A stretch of DNA of 64,000 nt, from NCBI GenBank assembly GCA_965248835.1, contig CBDFLJ010000002.1:64001-128000 (forward strand), given 5' to 3'. Numbering within the stretch: position 1 is the first letter of the stretch; every line of letters begins with the position of its first letter. The notes under the pieces are model-generated. The model saw nothing but the letters and a program-made list of their open reading frames with translations, was not told the DNA's origin and searched no databases. Positions 37,508 to 47,305 of the stretch are shown one piece after another. This DNA comes from Alphaproteobacteria bacterium (GTDB lineage Bacteria; Pseudomonadota; Alphaproteobacteria; MPNO01). The position numbers were made by a program, and so were the translations under genes.

Positions 37508-38464
37508 ATGAAGATCGGACTCATCACCAACCCGCACAGCGAGCGGAACAGGAAACGCGGCAGCCGGACCGCCGCGGCGGCGCGCGGGGCGCCCGATATA
37601 CTCCGGCGCGAGCTTGGCACGATCGCCGATATCGGCCCGATCCTTGCCGAATTCGCCGCTCGCGAAGTCGGGATCCTCGCCCTGGACGGCGGCGACGGCA
37701 CCGTCCAGGCGGTGCTGAGCGCGCTCTTCAATGACCGTGCCTTCGAGCGCACGCCGGTTCTCGCCGTAGTCGCCAGCGGAATGACCAACGCGGTGGCCAT
37801 CGATGTCGGGCTGAGCGGGCCGCCCGGGAAAGCGCTGGTGCGGCTCCAGGATGCCGCACGGCAGGGTCTCGCGGGCGCGAAGGTCGCCGAACGCGGCGTG
37901 ATCCGCATGACCCGCGATCCCGACCAGCCGCCGGTCTACGGTATGCTGTTCGGGCTGGGTGCGGTCTACCGCGCGATCGAGATCTGCAGGCGGCGGGTGC
38001 ATCCGCTGGGCATAACGTCCTCGCTTGCCGTTGGTGCGACGATTGCCGGCCTGCTTGCCCGCCGCATGCTGAACGGCGCGCGCGAGGACGAGATTTTCCG
38101 CGGCGACCGGATCGAGGTCGGCTGGGACGGCGGAGAGCGCCGCGCGGGGCTGCACCTGCTGATGCTGGGCAGCACCTTGCGCCGCTTCGCCTTGGGGATC
38201 ACGCCGTTCTGGGGCGAAGGGCCGGGTGCCCTGCGGGTGACCGACGTGGCCTACCCGGCGCACCGACTCGCCCGGTCGCTGGTCCCGATCCTGTGCGCCG
38301 GCCGACCGCCCCAGGGGAACGGCGAAATCTATGTGAGCCGCAACGTCGAGCGGGTCTGTTTGCGCATGTCCTGCCCGTTCACCCTCGACGGGGAGCTGTT
38401 CGAGCCGCTACCGGACATGCCGGTGACGCTGGAGATCGGCGCCACCGCCCGGTTCTTGCGCTGA
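37508..38464 (+). CDS. cpgB: Diacylglycerol/sphingosine kinase family lipid kinase (ceramide kinase CpgB-like)
   Basis: NPHS, GGDGT, SGMTN and FTLDGE motifs; sphingolipid context. Confidence 0.82.
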   Translation: MKIGLITNPHSERNRKRGSRTAAAARGAPDILRRELGTIADIGPILAEFAAREVGILALDGGDGTVQAVLSALFNDRAFERTPVLAVVASGMTNAVAIDVGLSGPPGKALVRLQDAARQGLAGAKVAERGVIRMTRDPDQPPVYGMLFGLGAVYRAIEICRRRVHPLGITSSLAVGATIAGLLARRMLNGAREDEIFRGDRIEVGWDGGERRAGLHLLMLGSTLRRFALGITPFWGEGPGALRVTDVAYPAHRLARSLVPILCAGRPPQGNGEIYVSRNVERVCLRMSCPFTLDGELFEPLPDMPVTLEIGATARFLR

Positions 38465-38474
38465 GGCGACGAAG

Positions 38475-39392
38475 ATGAGCAGCGATCGGGCGCTTCTCGC
38501 CTGTCTCGAAGCCGCGGCCCGCGTAGCGGTGCCGCCGCGCACCGCCGCGGTCGCGGATGCGATCCTGGCGCGCCATCACGGCGCCGTCCTGGCGCTGCTG
38601 TTCTACGGCTCTGCGCTGCGCGAGCCCGACACTGCGGAGCGGACGGTCGACATCTACGTGCTGGCCGAGTCCTATCGTGGGTTTCACCGCCGTCGGCTTG
38701 CCGCGCTCGCCAACCGGTTGCTGCCGCCCAGCGTCTACCGCCTCCATACCATGTTCGAGGGCCGGAAGGTGCGCGCAAAGTACAGTGTGCTCACGCTCGC
38801 CGATTTTGAGCGGCTGGCCTCGCCGCGCACTTTCCAATCGCTGATCTGGGGCCGGTTCTCGCAACCCTGCGCGATCGCTTACGTCCGCGACGATGCAGTG
38901 CGCGGCCGGCTGGTGGGTGCCTTCGCCGATGCGGCGCGCAAGATGCTCAATGAAACGCTCGGGCTCATGCCGCCTCGGTTCTCCGCGCGCGAGATCTGGC
39001 TCCGCGCGCTCAGCGAAAGCTATGCCAGCGAGATCCGGGCCGAGCGCTCGGAGCGGCCGAGCGAAATCCATGACGCTGACCCGGAGCACTACCGGCGCGT
39101 CGCCACGCTCGTCCTCGGAGGGGAGGCGGAATTCTCGCACACACCGACCCGCCGACAGACCGCCCGCGCACGCCGCCGCTGGGCCGTTCGGCGCATTCAG
39201 GGCAAGGCGCTCGGGATCGCGCGGCTCGCCAAGGGCGCGTTCACCTTCGAAGACGGGTTGGATTACGTCCTCGAAAAGGTCGCGAGCCATACGGGGGTGG
39301 CGATCAGGCCCACGCCGTGGCAACGCCGACATCCGCTGCTCGCCGCGCCGGTCCTCGCGTGCCGGCTTTACCGCAAGCGAGCATTTCGATGA
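38475..39392 (+). CDS. cpgC: Tam41/CpgC-like cytidylyltransferase
   Basis: LFYGS.LR, VDIYVL..SY, NRLLPP.V, KY.V, WGRFSQP, RLAKGAFTF..G.DY...K; follows the kinase gene. Confidence 0.72.
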   Translation: MSSDRALLACLEAAARVAVPPRTAAVADAILARHHGAVLALLFYGSALREPDTAERTVDIYVLAESYRGFHRRRLAALANRLLPPSVYRLHTMFEGRKVRAKYSVLTLADFERLASPRTFQSLIWGRFSQPCAIAYVRDDAVRGRLVGAFADAARKMLNETLGLMPPRFSAREIWLRALSESYASEIRAERSERPSEIHDADPEHYRRVATLVLGGEAEFSHTPTRRQTARARRRWAVRRIQGKALGIARLAKGAFTFEDGLDYVLEKVASHTGVAIRPTPWQRRHPLLAAPVLACRLYRKRAFR

Positions 39393-39405
39393 AACGTCGT
39401 GCGGC

Positions 39406-40611
39406 TCAGCGCCCAGCCGCCTCGGCGGGCCTTTGATCTTCGGCCAGGCGCGAGAACGCCTCGCAGATCTTCGCGATCTCGTCTTCGGTGTGCGCCGCCG
39501 ACATGCTGAGCCTGAGCAGCGAAGATCCGTCCGGCGTGCCGGGCGGGATGGCGAGGTTGACGTACACGCCATCCTCGAGAAGCCGGTTCCAGCTATAGGC
39601 CGCCGAGGCGCGATCGGGCATGCGGACCGCGATGATCGGCCCGAGCGGCGCGCAGAGCGAAAAGCCCAGCGCCGACAGGCCGTCGTAGAGCTGAGCCGCG
39701 TTGTGCCAGAGCCGCGTCCGGAGGTCGGGCCGCGATTCGATTTGACGCAGCGCGGCAAGCGCGCTGGCGGCGTTCGACGGCGACAGTGAAGCGGTGAACA
39801 TGTAAGGCCGGCTGGCGCAGCGCAGGAGGTCGAATTGCGGGTGGTTGGACGCACAGAACCCGCCGGTCGAGCTCAGGCTCTTGCTGAACGTGCCCATGTA
39901 GAAGTCGACGTGGTCGAGCACGTTCTGGGCCTCGGCCACGCCGCGTCCGTTCTCCCCGAAGACGCCGAAGGAATGGGCCTCGTCGAGATAGAGATAGGCG
40001 TTGTGGCGCCGGACGACCTCGACGATCTCGGCCAGCGGGGCGACATCGCCCAGCATCGAATAGATACCCTCCACGACGACCAGCGTAACGCCGTCGCCCC
40101 GCGACAGCCGGCCGAGGCGGTTGTCGAGATCCGATACCGAATTATGGCGGAAGCGGTTCGTGGTTGCATCGCTCAGCCGGCAGCCGTCGTAGATACAGGC
40201 ATGGCAATGCGCGTCGATCAGGATCGTATCATCGGGCCCGGTCAGCCCGGTGATCGCGCCGAGATTGGCGAGGTAGCCGGTGGAGAAGACGATCGATCGC
40301 TCGAAGCCGAGGAATTTCGCCAGGCCCTGCTCGAGCTCGCGGTGCATGGTGTAGGTGCCGTTGGCGAACCGGGACCCGGTGGTGCCCGTCCCGAGCTGGT
40401 CGATCGCATCCTTGGCAGCGGCCACGCAAGCGGCATCGAATGTCAGGCCGAGATAGTTGTTGGTGCCGGCGAGAATGACCGGGCGCCCCTGGATGACCGC
40501 GCGGGTCGGCGACTGGACCGCTTCCATTGTGACGCCGAACGGGTCGCTGCCGAACTCCAGGATCTGCTCGAGTTGCTCGGAGAGTTCCTGAAACCGTCTG
40601 AACAAGCTCAC
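39406..40611 (-). CDS. spt: Serine palmitoyltransferase (AOS family, PLP)
   Basis: GTNNYLGL, GTGTTGSRFANGT, DEAHS and GTFSKS (PLP Lys); directly downstream of acp. Confidence 0.88.
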   Translation of the reverse strand: MSLFRRFQELSEQLEQILEFGSDPFGVTMEAVQSPTRAVIQGRPVILAGTNNYLGLTFDAACVAAAKDAIDQLGTGTTGSRFANGTYTMHRELEQGLAKFLGFERSIVFSTGYLANLGAITGLTGPDDTILIDAHCHACIYDGCRLSDATTNRFRHNSVSDLDNRLGRLSRGDGVTLVVVEGIYSMLGDVAPLAEIVEVVRRHNAYLYLDEAHSFGVFGENGRGVAEAQNVLDHVDFYMGTFSKSLSSTGGFCASNHPQFDLLRCASRPYMFTASLSPSNAASALAALRQIESRPDLRTRLWHNAAQLYDGLSALGFSLCAPLGPIIAVRMPDRASAAYSWNRLLEDGVYVNLAIPPGTPDGSSLLRLSMSAAHTEDEIAKICEAFSRLAEDQRPAEAAGR

Positions 40612-40618
40612 TGACGTC

Positions 40619-40867
40619 TTATCCCCGCTTGAGTTGATGGATTGCTTCCATCAGTTGACCGATCGTTTGAAACTCGGAGATGAGGTTCATGGAGAAAGAC
40701 ACATTATAGCCGTCCTCGATCTCCATAATGAGGTCCAAAACGGCGACCGAGTCGATCTCCAGGTCGCGTCCGATATTGGTGTCGTAGGCCAGCTCGATCC
40801 CGTTCCCGTTGAACGGCTCGATCAGGTCGCAGATCTTGCGGAACATCAATTCGTCGTCTTCCGCCAT
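40619..40867 (-). CDS. Acyl carrier protein (sphingolipid-dedicated)
   Basis: DLEIDSVAVLDL phosphopantetheine site; acidic 82-aa protein. Confidence 0.88.
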   Translation of the reverse strand: MAEDDELMFRKICDLIEPFNGNGIELAYDTNIGRDLEIDSVAVLDLIMEIEDGYNVSFSMNLISEFQTIGQLMEAIHQLKRG

Positions 40868-40915
40868 CGGCGCGCCCGCGGGTCGTTTTTCCCTCATCTG
40901 CCCCTCCAGCCCGGG

Positions 40916-41866
40916 TTACAGCATGTTTTGCTGCCGGTACCAGCGCGCGGTCCGGGCGAATCCATCCCCGATTGCCACCTCCGGCCGCCAGCCCACATGC
41001 TCGCCGAGCGAGCCTTCGGCCACACCCCAATCGGGATGGAAAATCTCGCGTATCTTGGCGGGTGTGATCAGAGGTGATTCGCCGAGAACGCGGCGGAGAA
41101 CCAGGTTCGCACCGGCGAAGAGGGTCATCACGCGGAAGGGCACCGGGACCCGTCGCACTTTGGTGCCGAGAGCACGTCCGCCGTTCTCCGCGATCGCCTG
41201 CCATGTGTGACCACCGGCCTGAGGGTCTCCAAGCTCGAAGATACCATGATCGAAAGAACCCGCCGCCAACATTGCCGCCACAGCACTGGCGACATCCTCG
41301 ACATAGATCAGCGAAACCCGCGCGTCCATAGGTCGTGCCGGCGATGGGACCAACATAAGCCCACGTTTGAACAGCTTGAACAGCGGCAAGCACGCCGGAT
41401 CGCCCGGCCCGTAGACCGCCGCCGGGCGCAGGACTGACCAGTCGAGGTCGCGGCCGAGGTGAGACAGCGCATCCTCGGCCGCCCGTTTGGATGCGGCGTA
41501 GGGTGAGATGGCCGGTTCGCGGGCGGCGAGCGAGGAGATGAGAACGAACCGCGGTCGCATGGGCGCGGCGCTTGCCGCCGCAACCAGCCGAGCGGTTCCC
41601 ACGGCGTTGACCGCGTGAAATGCCGCCGGCCGTCCGCCGCGCGTAAGCCCGGCGCAATGGACCACGACATCGGCGCCTGCAACAAGGCGCTCCAACGACC
41701 CGCGGTCGGCGAGGTCGCCTTCGACGATTTCCATGCCCTCGCCGGCATCCAACGCGCGCGGCCGGCGCGCAAGCGCGCGGATTCGCCAGCCCTCCGCCAG
41801 GAGGCGGGAGACGATGTGCCGGCCGAGAAACCCGGTTGCCCCGGTCAGCGCGACAAGCCCGCTCAT
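40916..41866 (-). CDS. cerR: NAD-dependent epimerase/dehydratase family, ceramide reductase CerR-like
   Basis: TGATGFLG, ISSLAAR.P..SPYAASK, RP.AVYGPGD; located between the acyl-ACP synthetase and acp. Confidence 0.8.
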   Translation of the reverse strand: MSGLVALTGATGFLGRHIVSRLLAEGWRIRALARRPRALDAGEGMEIVEGDLADRGSLERLVAGADVVVHCAGLTRGGRPAAFHAVNAVGTARLVAAASAAPMRPRFVLISSLAAREPAISPYAASKRAAEDALSHLGRDLDWSVLRPAAVYGPGDPACLPLFKLFKRGLMLVPSPARPMDARVSLIYVEDVASAVAAMLAAGSFDHGIFELGDPQAGGHTWQAIAENGGRALGTKVRRVPVPFRVMTLFAGANLVLRRVLGESPLITPAKIREIFHPDWGVAEGSLGEHVGWRPEVAIGDGFARTARWYRQQNML

Positions 41867-41918
41867 GGATCACCCGCGCCTTGCCGGAGGCGTGCGGCCG
41901 CCGAAAGCTCGGCCGAAG

Positions 41919-43724
41919 TCATAGCGGTGGGTTTGCGGCGTCCTGAACAAGAACCTTCGCGCGGGGCGGCGCCTCGCGAAATGCCCCGGCGATATATTTC
42001 TCCTTGACCTTCGCGCGGCTCAGCTTGCCCGAGGATGTCATGACCAGGCTGCGCGGAGGTGCCAGCACGACACGGCTCGAAACCCCGGCTTCCGAATGGA
42101 TGGTTGCCGCGATCTCGCGGACCAGATCCTCGCGTGCCGAACGGTCCTTGAGCCGGCACTCCACGAGGGTAACGATAATCGGATCGTTCTGGGTGCCGTC
42201 CACCGAGAACGCGGCAACGGTGCCGTCGCGCACCTCCGGCAACCTCTCCACTGCCCACTCGATGTCCTGCGGCCAGATGTTGCGACCGTTCCAAAGTATC
42301 AGGTCCTTGCTGCGGCCGGTAATCAGGACGTCCCCGTCGATGGTGTAGCCGAGGTCGCCGGTATCGAGCCAACCGTCGGAATCGAAGACCTCCGCCGTGG
42401 TCTCGGGGTCGCGAAAATAGCCGGCCGACACGCTCGGGCCCTTGACGAAGATCCTGCCGACCTTGCGGTCGCCGAGCGGGCGTCCCTTTCCGTCGCGCAG
42501 CTCGATGTCGTGGCCGGGCAGGGAGCCGCCGCAATTGACGAAAGTCCGGCGGTGTTGGGGCGGCGTGTCGCGGGTGGCCGGGACGGCTTCGCCGGACCGG
42601 CTGTAGCGGCGCATGTCGATCGTGTCGGTCTGGTAGAGCTTGTCCGTCCGGGCAAAGGTGACCGCGAGCGTCGCCTCGGCAAGGCCGTAGCTCGGCGTGA
42701 AGGCGTCCGTGCGGAACCCGCTGGCCCTGAACGCCGTGCCGAAACGCTCGAGCACGTCCGCACGGACGATGTCGCCGCCGACTCCCGCGATCCGCCACTG
42801 CGAAAGGTCGTAGCTGGCGGCCATGCGATTGACCGCCCGCCGTCGGCACAGGTCGTAGCCGAAGGAAGGGCTGAAGCTTATGCTGGCGCGGTTTCGGGAC
42901 ATGACATCGAGCCACAGCAGCGGCCGACGCGCGAAATGCGCCGTCTCGATGTAGTCGACCGAGAGCTGACACATCATCGGTGTCAGCATGAACCCGACCA
43001 AGCCCATGTCGTGATAGAGCGGCAGCCAGGAGCCACAGCGGTCGCCGGAGACGATCGCGGTGCCGTGCTGGATGATCGCGCTGCAGTTGCTGACGACCGC
43101 GCGCTGGGTGCTGACCACGCCCTTGGGCGCGGTCGTGCTGCCGGACGAGTACTGGATATAGCAGATCTCGTCGCTGCCCAGCGGCGTCGGCGGCGTCGTG
43201 TCGCGCGGCAGGGCCCTGATGGACTCGTAAGAGTACGTCAGCACGTCCGGCAGGTCCGCTGTCGCCTCGACGGCGAACGCCAGCAGATCCTCCGACGCAA
43301 TGAGGGCCGAGGCGCGGGCGTTCTGCATCATCCGACGGACCTGTGCCAGGTAGTTCTTCTTGCCGCCGATGCCCATCGGCAACGGCAGTGGCACCGGGAC
43401 GAGCCCGGCGTACTGGCAGGCGTAGAAGGCAATGGGGAAATCGGGCGTCGTCTTACTGATCAGCCCGATGCGCGTCAGACGCGGGAACCGGCGGGCCAAG
43501 CGGGCAGCGAGATCGATCGCCGCATCGCGCAGGTCCGAATAGGGCAGGCTGCTCAGCAGCTCGCCGCCGAGCGCATAGAAGTTGTAGCCGGTTCGTCCGC
43601 GCGCGGCATATTCCAGACCGGCGACAAGCCCATCGAAATCGCCGCCGCGCAAGGCAATCGGATCGTTGTTTGTCGGTGTCGGTTGGATGTTATTGCCTCC
43701 ACTCTGCGTCACGCCGTCAGGCAC
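41919..43724 (-). CDS. Fatty acyl-AMP ligase / acyl-ACP synthetase
   Basis: QYSSGST..PKG, SWLPLYHDMGL.G, PSYGLAEATL, TGDLG, TSSGKL.R. Confidence 0.9.
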   Translation of the reverse strand: MPDGVTQSGGNNIQPTPTNNDPIALRGGDFDGLVAGLEYAARGRTGYNFYALGGELLSSLPYSDLRDAAIDLAARLARRFPRLTRIGLISKTTPDFPIAFYACQYAGLVPVPLPLPMGIGGKKNYLAQVRRMMQNARASALIASEDLLAFAVEATADLPDVLTYSYESIRALPRDTTPPTPLGSDEICYIQYSSGSTTAPKGVVSTQRAVVSNCSAIIQHGTAIVSGDRCGSWLPLYHDMGLVGFMLTPMMCQLSVDYIETAHFARRPLLWLDVMSRNRASISFSPSFGYDLCRRRAVNRMAASYDLSQWRIAGVGGDIVRADVLERFGTAFRASGFRTDAFTPSYGLAEATLAVTFARTDKLYQTDTIDMRRYSRSGEAVPATRDTPPQHRRTFVNCGGSLPGHDIELRDGKGRPLGDRKVGRIFVKGPSVSAGYFRDPETTAEVFDSDGWLDTGDLGYTIDGDVLITGRSKDLILWNGRNIWPQDIEWAVERLPEVRDGTVAAFSVDGTQNDPIIVTLVECRLKDRSAREDLVREIAATIHSEAGVSSRVVLAPPRSLVMTSSGKLSRAKVKEKYIAGAFREAPPRAKVLVQDAANPPL

Positions 43725-44574
43725 GCGACCGCGGTTGCACTAGCCGCTGGGTATGCGGTGCAAACGTCCCCCCGCGGCCATCCAAAGAACACTGCCGGGC
43801 CGAACCGACCTCCGGTCCGGACCGCGAAGCGGGCGCCGCCGCGCCGGCAAGCAGACTGCCCAGGCGCGGTGTCGCGCAGCCCAACCATGAGTGCCACGGA
43901 ACCGCCCCGACGATTCCGCGGACCCTGCCGCGATGCTTACGCCGCGACGGAAAGCCGGCGATTTTCCCCGAAGGGGAGGGCCGGCCTCCCTACCGGCAAC
44001 CAGCGCCCCCCGTTTCGATCCCGCGGTCCAGATCAGAGCCAAGATGGACCCACGACATCCCATCCTCCAAACCTCGCCTGTTCGGGTGGCACCCCGAAGA
44101 TGACTAACCCTGAAAGTGCTGGCGCTGCCCCCACCCGGTTACGGGCATCGGGAACGCCGTCGGTTATTCTTGCCCGGGCATTGTCTAACGCGGTCCATGG
44201 GGATATTTCCAGCACAATCGTGACCGGATTTCATAATAATTTCACGCCCCCGAACCATGTTCCCTTAGTGTTCTAAGAGATCTCATCGACCGCTCAAACG
44301 CGCCGAGGAGCAACGGAAGGTGACCGGCAGCGCGGATGGGACCGGCGGCCGATCGAGAATCGCGGCAGGCGGTCGCGCAGAGCGCGCATGGTCGAACCGG
44401 ATCGAGGCGGTCCGATTGGACCATGCTCCAAGTCTCGCAAATCAATCGATCAGGGGATGGCGGTGGGAACGAAACCGGGTTCGAACCGTCTCCAATTGGG
44501 CGGTTGCCCAGTCGGAGATGGTTTGTGATCACGGGCGCATGGCGACCGAAACCCCAATCAAACTTGCCATTGCA

Positions 44575-44655
44575 GGACCCGACAAGCCGAGGAGTTCGAC
44601 GCCGGAGTACCGGCTAACGGAGAAAGGGCGGGTCGCCATCACGCTCATCGCGTAA
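44575..44655 (+). pseudogene. 3' fragment of a Fic/RecG-associated C-terminal winged-helix protein
   Basis: PDKPRSS..EYRLTEKG resembles the PDKP.S..Q.YRLT.KG tail of such proteins. Confidence 0.5.
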
Positions 44656-44700
44656 TTGGGCTCGGGGTCCATTTTCCCGAAAAATGGACCCCGAGCCCAA
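44656..44700. repeat. Perfect 20-bp inverted repeat with 5-nt loop
   Basis: TTGGGCTCGGGGTCCATTTT-CCCGA-AAAATGGACCCCGAGCCCAA. Confidence 0.9.
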
Positions 44701-45011
44701 CTACCGATGGCCTCCCTTAGGGCTGGCCAATTCCACGTTGAAAATCAACGGCTTGGTCCATGGTGTGGGCGGCGAACCGCCCATTGATTCCATTCACCTT
44801 TTCCGATGGCCGCCCACACCTATTTCGGGCTGGTTTGGCCCCAGCGCGGTGTACGGCATCACGGTGGCGACCGAGGCGATCGCCCGCGCGATGGGTGAAC
44901 GGACCCGGCCCGAGCCCGTTCATCGCTACGAGCTGGAGCCGCCGGCGCAGGTCGAAATCGGGCAACCCGTCCATGTCCATTTTCACGACGACGAGCTCGA
45001 GGGCTGATCCG

Positions 45012-45242
45012 GTGGGCTATTTCGCGAACGGCACCGAAGCCGAGGGCTATCAGGCGCAATGGTGTGCCCGCTGCAAGCACGATGAGGAAGACCCCGGCTG
45101 CATGATCTGGCTGGCACACCTGCTGTGGGCCTACAGCGGCACCGACGAGCAGAAGGAAGTCCTCGACTTGCTGATCCCGCCGACAAAGAGCGGCTTCGGC
45201 AACGAGCAATGCAAGCTGTTCGTCGCCAGGGCCGACGCATGA
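45012..45242 (+). CDS. Small Cys-rich phage-type hypothetical protein
   Basis: MGYFANGTE...WCARCKH...CMIW...NEQC; GTG start behind GAGGG; ATGA-coupled to the next ORF. Confidence 0.6.
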   Translation: MGYFANGTEAEGYQAQWCARCKHDEEDPGCMIWLAHLLWAYSGTDEQKEVLDLLIPPTKSGFGNEQCKLFVARADA

Positions 45243-45496
45243 GCCAGCACCTGTGCCATTGGCCGGGCTGCGGGCGGGTCGTGCCGCCGAAACTGTGGGG
45301 CTGCCGCTATCACTGGATGCAGTTGCCCAAGCGCATCCGCGACCGGATCTGGAATGCGTATGTGCCGGGCCAGGAAGTCACCAAGAGGCCCGGCCGGGAT
45401 TACCTGTATGCAGCCCGGGCGGCGCAGGAGTGGATACGCGCGAAGAACAAGACGCCATTCGACGCGTGGCCGGCGGATCTGAGAACGAAGGGCTGA
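45239..45496 (+). CDS. Small phage-type zinc-finger-like hypothetical protein
   Basis: HLCHWPGC...VPP.LWGC..HW..LP pattern. Confidence 0.65.
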   Translation: MSQHLCHWPGCGRVVPPKLWGCRYHWMQLPKRIRDRIWNAYVPGQEVTKRPGRDYLYAARAAQEWIRAKNKTPFDAWPADLRTKG

Positions 45497-45516
45497 AGGC
45501 GCTGGTGCTCGAGGTT

Positions 45517-46710
45517 ATGAAGCGCGCTCGCACGAACAGGTTATGGCTGGGTTGTGATTGCCGGAGTGAGGACGGCAGGAGGCCCGTCGTTGCGCCGTGC
45601 GGGAATCATCGAGGGACCGATTACTGGCGGGTTCTGACGGGGAGGCAGGTTCTTCATGGTCGGGACTGTGTGTTTTATCGAGCGCATGTTCGACGCCGGC
45701 ATGAAGAACTGTGGAACCGGCCGGCGAGGAGGGCGCCGGTGGGCTACTTTGCGGTGCTCCGTGAGGGTGCTGAGGACCGGCAAGTCTTGGGTCCGAGCAT
45801 GCGCGGTGGCGTGGAGAGTGTTCGGCGGACAGTCCGCCGGCCGGCGCTTTCGCAGCTGTTATTGATGTTGATGGAGAAGGCCAACCTCAACCTCATCCGG
45901 TCGGTGGATGGATTTAAGCCGGCGAGTGATTGGCGGGAAGATATTCGGGAGATCATGAACGGTCTCGAGATTGCTCCCGCTCGCCTGCTGTCGGATCTAT
46001 GGTTCGATTATATCCGAATGTGGAGCGGCAATTTGGTCCATGCGAGGGTCCGCGCCGCGGCGAGAGATTGGCCGGCCGGGCATAAGCCGCAAGGGTTCGC
46101 TTGTTGGGTCGTTAGGGAAGTGGATGAATTCGGGGTTGGTACAGTCTCGAAAAATAATCGGGTCGAAGTTCTGTCCGGGGTTGGGTGCCCCGTTATCGGC
46201 CACAACCGGGTCGGCGGGCCGTATTTGTTTTTGGGTGGGGTGGGGCTTCCGACGCGGCAAAGCGGCTACGAGTGTCTCGAAGGCTATGCGCAACCGATAG
46301 TGGCGTGGGATTGCCCGGTGCCGGTGGATTCCGGGCAAGAGCGGCGGGCGTTCGGGACGCTGAGGGCTACGCAGCGGATCCTGAACGCGGCGTTCCCGGA
46401 CGCCGCTTTCGAGCTCAAGAAGCCAGTGTTCGAAATAGATACTGCGGAGGGGCCATGTCTCCCGGACTTCGTCATCGGGGCTCGGCGTGGCGAGGACGCG
46501 CTGCAATTCGTGGTCGAGGTGATGGGGTTTGATCGTGTCGCGTATCTGCTGGGTAAAGAGGTGACGCACCCTCGGATGAGGACCTTTGGGACGTTGTGTA
46601 CGATGCAGGCGAGTGAGTTCGACCGCGTCTCGGGGGAGGGAGTGAAATCAGAGGGGCGCAAGGTGACGGAGACGATCCGCCGTGTGCTCAGGGATAGATG
46701 GGGATCTTGA
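45517..46710 (+). CDS. DUF1173-like protein with C-terminal PD-(D/E)xK-type nuclease motif, possibly 5'-truncated
   Basis: N-terminal CxC...H...C; C-terminal PVDS..E, KPVF, PDF...VEVMG...Y...K; lower GC. Confidence 0.6.
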   Translation: MKRARTNRLWLGCDCRSEDGRRPVVAPCGNHRGTDYWRVLTGRQVLHGRDCVFYRAHVRRRHEELWNRPARRAPVGYFAVLREGAEDRQVLGPSMRGGVESVRRTVRRPALSQLLLMLMEKANLNLIRSVDGFKPASDWREDIREIMNGLEIAPARLLSDLWFDYIRMWSGNLVHARVRAAARDWPAGHKPQGFACWVVREVDEFGVGTVSKNNRVEVLSGVGCPVIGHNRVGGPYLFLGGVGLPTRQSGYECLEGYAQPIVAWDCPVPVDSGQERRAFGTLRATQRILNAAFPDAAFELKKPVFEIDTAEGPCLPDFVIGARRGEDALQFVVEVMGFDRVAYLLGKEVTHPRMRTFGTLCTMQASEFDRVSGEGVKSEGRKVTETIRRVLRDRWGS

Positions 46711-46928
46711 AGCTATAGTGGGCGGCAGGCGACACCTTGGGCGTATTTAACTGATTATCGGTCCCGCCCTCGCCGCCCTCGCCGTCTGCGCTGCGAGCAC
46801 CAAGGCGGGGGAGGGGCTGAGCATGAACCTGAGGTTTCTACGGAAGCGAGTTGCATGTCGAGAGGTTTCGAGTCATGCTCGATGGGCTGCGAGGTGGCAC
46901 ATGGAAGTCTCAGTATAGGATGGGAGAT

Positions 46929-47305
46929 ATGGCAATGAAATATCTGCCATTGTGGTTGATCGGTTTTTGTTTGTTTTTGTGTTCAGGAACTATAACAGCT
47001 GCGGAGAAGCTACGCCATCTGAAGTAAAACAATTGTTGGACGACAGAACAATCAGCGGTGCCACTGCGATCAGCGGCGTTGGGTTCACTTTGAACTTCGC
47101 GGCCGATGGGAATGTTTCGATTGATACGGATAATTATGGTTCTGACAGAGGAAAATGGCGAGTTGATAAGGACGCGAACTTCTGTATCAAGTATCAACGT
47201 TTTCTCGATCAATTAGAAAATTGTTTTACGTTGGCAATACGGGATGGTCAGCCCGTGTCTTTTAGAGCGGACAATGGAGCACCAACTTACTGGAGATTCA
47301 AATAA
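46929..47305 (+). pseudogene. Small secreted beta-rich protein with a single frameshift after the signal peptide
   Basis: Signal peptide MAMKYLPLWLIGFCLFLCSGTITAAEK in one frame; mature part TPSEVKQLL..RTISG...DRGKW.V....FCIKY...CF in another; AT-rich. Confidence 0.65.

Noticed and set aside
39406-40611. 8-amino-7-oxononanoate synthase (bioF)
   Set aside because: Motifs GTNNYLGL and GTTGSR.ANGT, plus the acp/cerR/bcerS context, favour Spt; no biotin genes are nearby.
42096-44276. Long antisense ORFs (726 aa here; also 12467-14716, 25977-28040, 59695-61308, 62242-63921)
   Set aside because: Shadow frames of real genes, expected in high-GC DNA; they have no motifs or RBS.
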